Positions 61,562 to 64,000 of a stretch of 64,000 nt of DNA are shown piece after piece; the stretch's first letter is position 1; each line of letters begins with the position of its first letter. Where the stretch lies: positions 3,712,001-3,776,000 of the forward strand of contig OZ242351.1 of assembly GCA_965208675.1 (NCBI GenBank), written 5' to 3'. This DNA is from Candidatus Poribacteria bacterium. Its GTDB lineage: Bacteria; Poribacteria; WGA-4E; PCPOR2b. A program made the position numbers and the translations under genes. The notes beneath the pieces were generated by a model. It did not search any database and was not told the origin of the DNA. It saw nothing but the letters and a program-made list of their open reading frames with translations.

Positions 61562-63046
61562 GTGACGACCAAAGATCTCATTGCGATAAGTCCTCTCATT
61601 GTTTTATCGGCTGCGTCAGTCGTGGTACTGTTAGTGACTGCATTCTACCGGAATCACAAGGTAATTGCCGTATTGGCACTGATAGGGATTGCCCTAGCTT
61701 TTGCGGCACTTCCGATGGTTTCCTCCGGGGTGTCGCTGCCAATTACGGTAACACAACTTATCATCCTCGACGGTTACGCCCTGTTCTTCATGGGGCTTCT
61801 CTTTGCGGTGAGTTTTGTTGTGATTCTGATTGCCCATGGCTACCTTGAGAAACGCCAAGGCAATCACGAAGAGTTTTACATTCTTGTGCTCCTGGCGACG
61901 TTGGGTTGTGCAGTATTAGTTGCGAGCAGCCACTTTGCATCTCTCTTCTTGGGATTGGAAATCCTCAGCGTATCCCTTTATGTTTTGATTGCTTATTTGT
62001 ATACCGATGAGCGGAGTATTGAGGCGGGACTAAAATACCTGGTGCTGGCTGCAGTTTCTTCGGCGTTTCTCCTCTTTGGAATGGCGCTGGTTTATGCTGA
62101 ACTTGGGACTATGGACTTCACTCAAATGGGGTCCCGTGCTGATGCCGGCAATCATAGCATGTTGTTGCTTGCCGGTATGGGGCTGATGGTCGTCGGCATA
62201 GGGTTTAAGCTCGCAGTAGTGCCATTTCACCTATGGACACCGGATGTGTACGAGGGTGCGCCGGCGCCGGTAACGGCTTTCGTTGCCACGGCTTCCAAAG
62301 GCGCCGTGGTCGCGCTGCTCATGCGATACTTCGCTTCAGCGGACAGCTACGCCTACGGTTCATTATTCCAAGTATTTACCGTCATCGCTATCGCTTCAAT
62401 GTTTGCTGGAAACTTGATGGCGTTACTGCAGAATAATGTCAAGCGTATCTTGGCTTACTCGTCGATCGCACATTTGGGTTATGTGTTGGTAGCCTTTATT
62501 GCTTTCCGGGGAGACGAAATGATGGCGGTAACGGCGGTAACATTCTATCTGGTAGCTTACTCTGTGACTACCTTAGGCGCCTTTGGTATTATCACAGTGT
62601 TATCCCCGGGTGACAGGGAGGCAGATGCCATTGATGATTATCGAGGACTCGCTTGGCATCGGCCGTGGCTCGCCGGTATATTTACAGCGGTGCTGTTGTC
62701 TCTGGCTGGTATCCCGCTCACGGCGGGCTTTGTTGGAAAATTCTACGTTGTGGCTGCGGGTGTTGGATCCGCGTTATGGTTGTTGTTGGTGCTGCTCGTT
62801 GTGAATAGTACCATTGGACTTTACTATTACCTGCGGGTTGTTGTTGCGATGTACCGAACTCCAGAAGAAAAATCGGGTGAGGCAGCGACCGGCCTAACGG
62901 CTGCGGAATCACCTACTGCGCCTGCCTCTTTGCCGTTGATTGGCGGCGTTGTATTGGCGGGTCTCACGCTACTTATAGTCTGGCTGGGGGTGTATCCGGC
63001 GACGTTGATGCGCGTGATAAAGGCGGCGGTGGATACGCTTGTTTAA
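61562..63046 (+). CDS. nuoN: NADH-quinone oxidoreductase subunit N
   Basis: EAGLKY, PFHLWTPDVYEGAP, LAYSSIAH. Confidence 0.97.
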   Translation: MTTKDLIAISPLIVLSAASVVVLLVTAFYRNHKVIAVLALIGIALAFAALPMVSSGVSLPITVTQLIILDGYALFFMGLLFAVSFVVILIAHGYLEKRQGNHEEFYILVLLATLGCAVLVASSHFASLFLGLEILSVSLYVLIAYLYTDERSIEAGLKYLVLAAVSSAFLLFGMALVYAELGTMDFTQMGSRADAGNHSMLLLAGMGLMVVGIGFKLAVVPFHLWTPDVYEGAPAPVTAFVATASKGAVVALLMRYFASADSYAYGSLFQVFTVIAIASMFAGNLMALLQNNVKRILAYSSIAHLGYVLVAFIAFRGDEMMAVTAVTFYLVAYSVTTLGAFGIITVLSPGDREADAIDDYRGLAWHRPWLAGIFTAVLLSLAGIPLTAGFVGKFYVVAAGVGSALWLLLVLLVVNSTIGLYYYLRVVVAMYRTPEEKSGEAATGLTAAESPTAPASLPLIGGVVLAGLTLLIVWLGVYPATLMRVIKAAVDTLV

Positions 63047-63086
63047 GCGGATACGGGTTTGTACTTTATAACTTGTACGGCAGAGA

Positions 63087-63698
63087 GTGAGCGGTGTGGC
63101 AGACAATTGTGAAATAGACGAGTTAATTGAACAACTGGGTGAAGCAGATACAGAAACTCAATCTACCGCGATTTCAGGACTGGTTGAAATTGGTGAGCCG
63201 GCTATCCCTGCATTGATAGAGGCATTAGCCAATGTTCTCTGGGATGTATGCGATTGCGCTGCTGATGCATTGGCTCAAATCGGTGTCCCGGCCATCCCCG
63301 CACTAATAGAGGCACTTGCGGATGAACAAAAGAATGTGAGGCTCAATTCTGCGGATGCACTCAGCCGAATCGGTGCACCGGCGGTAAAGGCGTTAATCGA
63401 AGCGCTCAGCGATACGTACCAGCCAGTGCGAGAAAATGCGGTTCGCGCCTTGAGTTTAATTGGTAAACCTGCGAATGAAGCGGTGCCGGCATTGATTCAC
63501 GCATTGCGCGATGATGATACGGAAGTTCGCGTTTATGCAGCGGTCGCACTCGCAAATATCGGTGAGTTTGCGAAAGATGCTGTCCCCGCGTTGATTGGCG
63601 CATTACGCGATGAGTCCGAACGCGTCTGCCAGCACGCGGCTTTTGCACTGCAAAAGACCAGAAGCCCGGAAGCAGAAAAAGCGTTGAGTCAGTTGTGA
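63087..63698 (+). CDS. HEAT (PBS-lyase-like) repeat protein
   Basis: Repeated AADAL..IG.PA.PALIEAL.D....VR. Confidence 0.88.
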   Translation: MSGVADNCEIDELIEQLGEADTETQSTAISGLVEIGEPAIPALIEALANVLWDVCDCAADALAQIGVPAIPALIEALADEQKNVRLNSADALSRIGAPAVKALIEALSDTYQPVRENAVRALSLIGKPANEAVPALIHALRDDDTEVRVYAAVALANIGEFAKDAVPALIGALRDESERVCQHAAFALQKTRSPEAEKALSQL

Positions 63699-64000
63699 AA
63701 GTTGGAGGGTTTTACGTGTAAAATAGAATTCATTTGAAAAAAAAGGCTTTTTGTGGTATCCTTTTGTGAATGTATTCCAAAATGTCCTACCTATTGTTTT
63801 TACCCAGACCTGAAAATATAGACGCGACGCAGCAATTGGCGAATACCGGGAATTTTAAAATGTCAGCGGTACTGACGAATTCCGAGATTTGATTGGATAA
63901 AAAGTTAGTGGTTTGCTGAACTATTTTTCATATTATATCCTGAAATTTCGCGGCTTTTCGAGGGCCGCACAAGATTGAGAAGTTCAGATAAAAACAGAAC

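Noticed and set aside
47447-63648. Numerous antisense and alternate-frame ORFs over the nuo genes
   Set aside because: Shadow ORFs of well-supported genes with no motifs of their own.

Overview
64-kb bacterial chromosomal segment. Tandem PhyH dioxygenases, secreted 'LPEGAKLRLGKG' WD40 proteins, an LRR-dockerin relic and HEAT lipoproteins suggest a Poribacteria-like marine or sponge-associated organism (inference). It carries housekeeping and metabolic genes (oligoendopeptidase F, ABC-F, acpS-folP-ftsH, ferredoxin-NADP reductase, Ski2/HelY helicase, PfkB kinase, Moco genes), a complete 13-gene nuoA-N operon with fused nuoCD, and an accessory block at about 35.7-44.7 kb containing three mosaic WD40 genes. 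Intergenic DNA is rich in GTAG-type REP/REPIN hairpins and a MITE. The most unusual signal is a 34-45 nt tag (consensus AARACTATMGCNCTCNCTATTCGNTCVVTTGATC) seen about 13 times. It has a fixed GATC end, usually fused to a REP hairpin (four copies in an identical register), a ragged other end, occasional tandem re-iteration, and hypervariable positions that can all be read as adenines of one template. This pattern fits target-primed, error-prone reverse-transcription scars at hairpin breaks, but no RT gene is in this window and the mechanism is inferred. Other leads: a PhyH paralog with a halogenase-type HxA motif, a GcvH homolog lacking the lipoyl-lysine beside an ADP-ribosylglycohydrolase, two Cys-rich gamma-glutamylcyclotransferase paralogs, and a probable ATA start codon. 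All family assignments are from motif recognition by eye; no database search was run.
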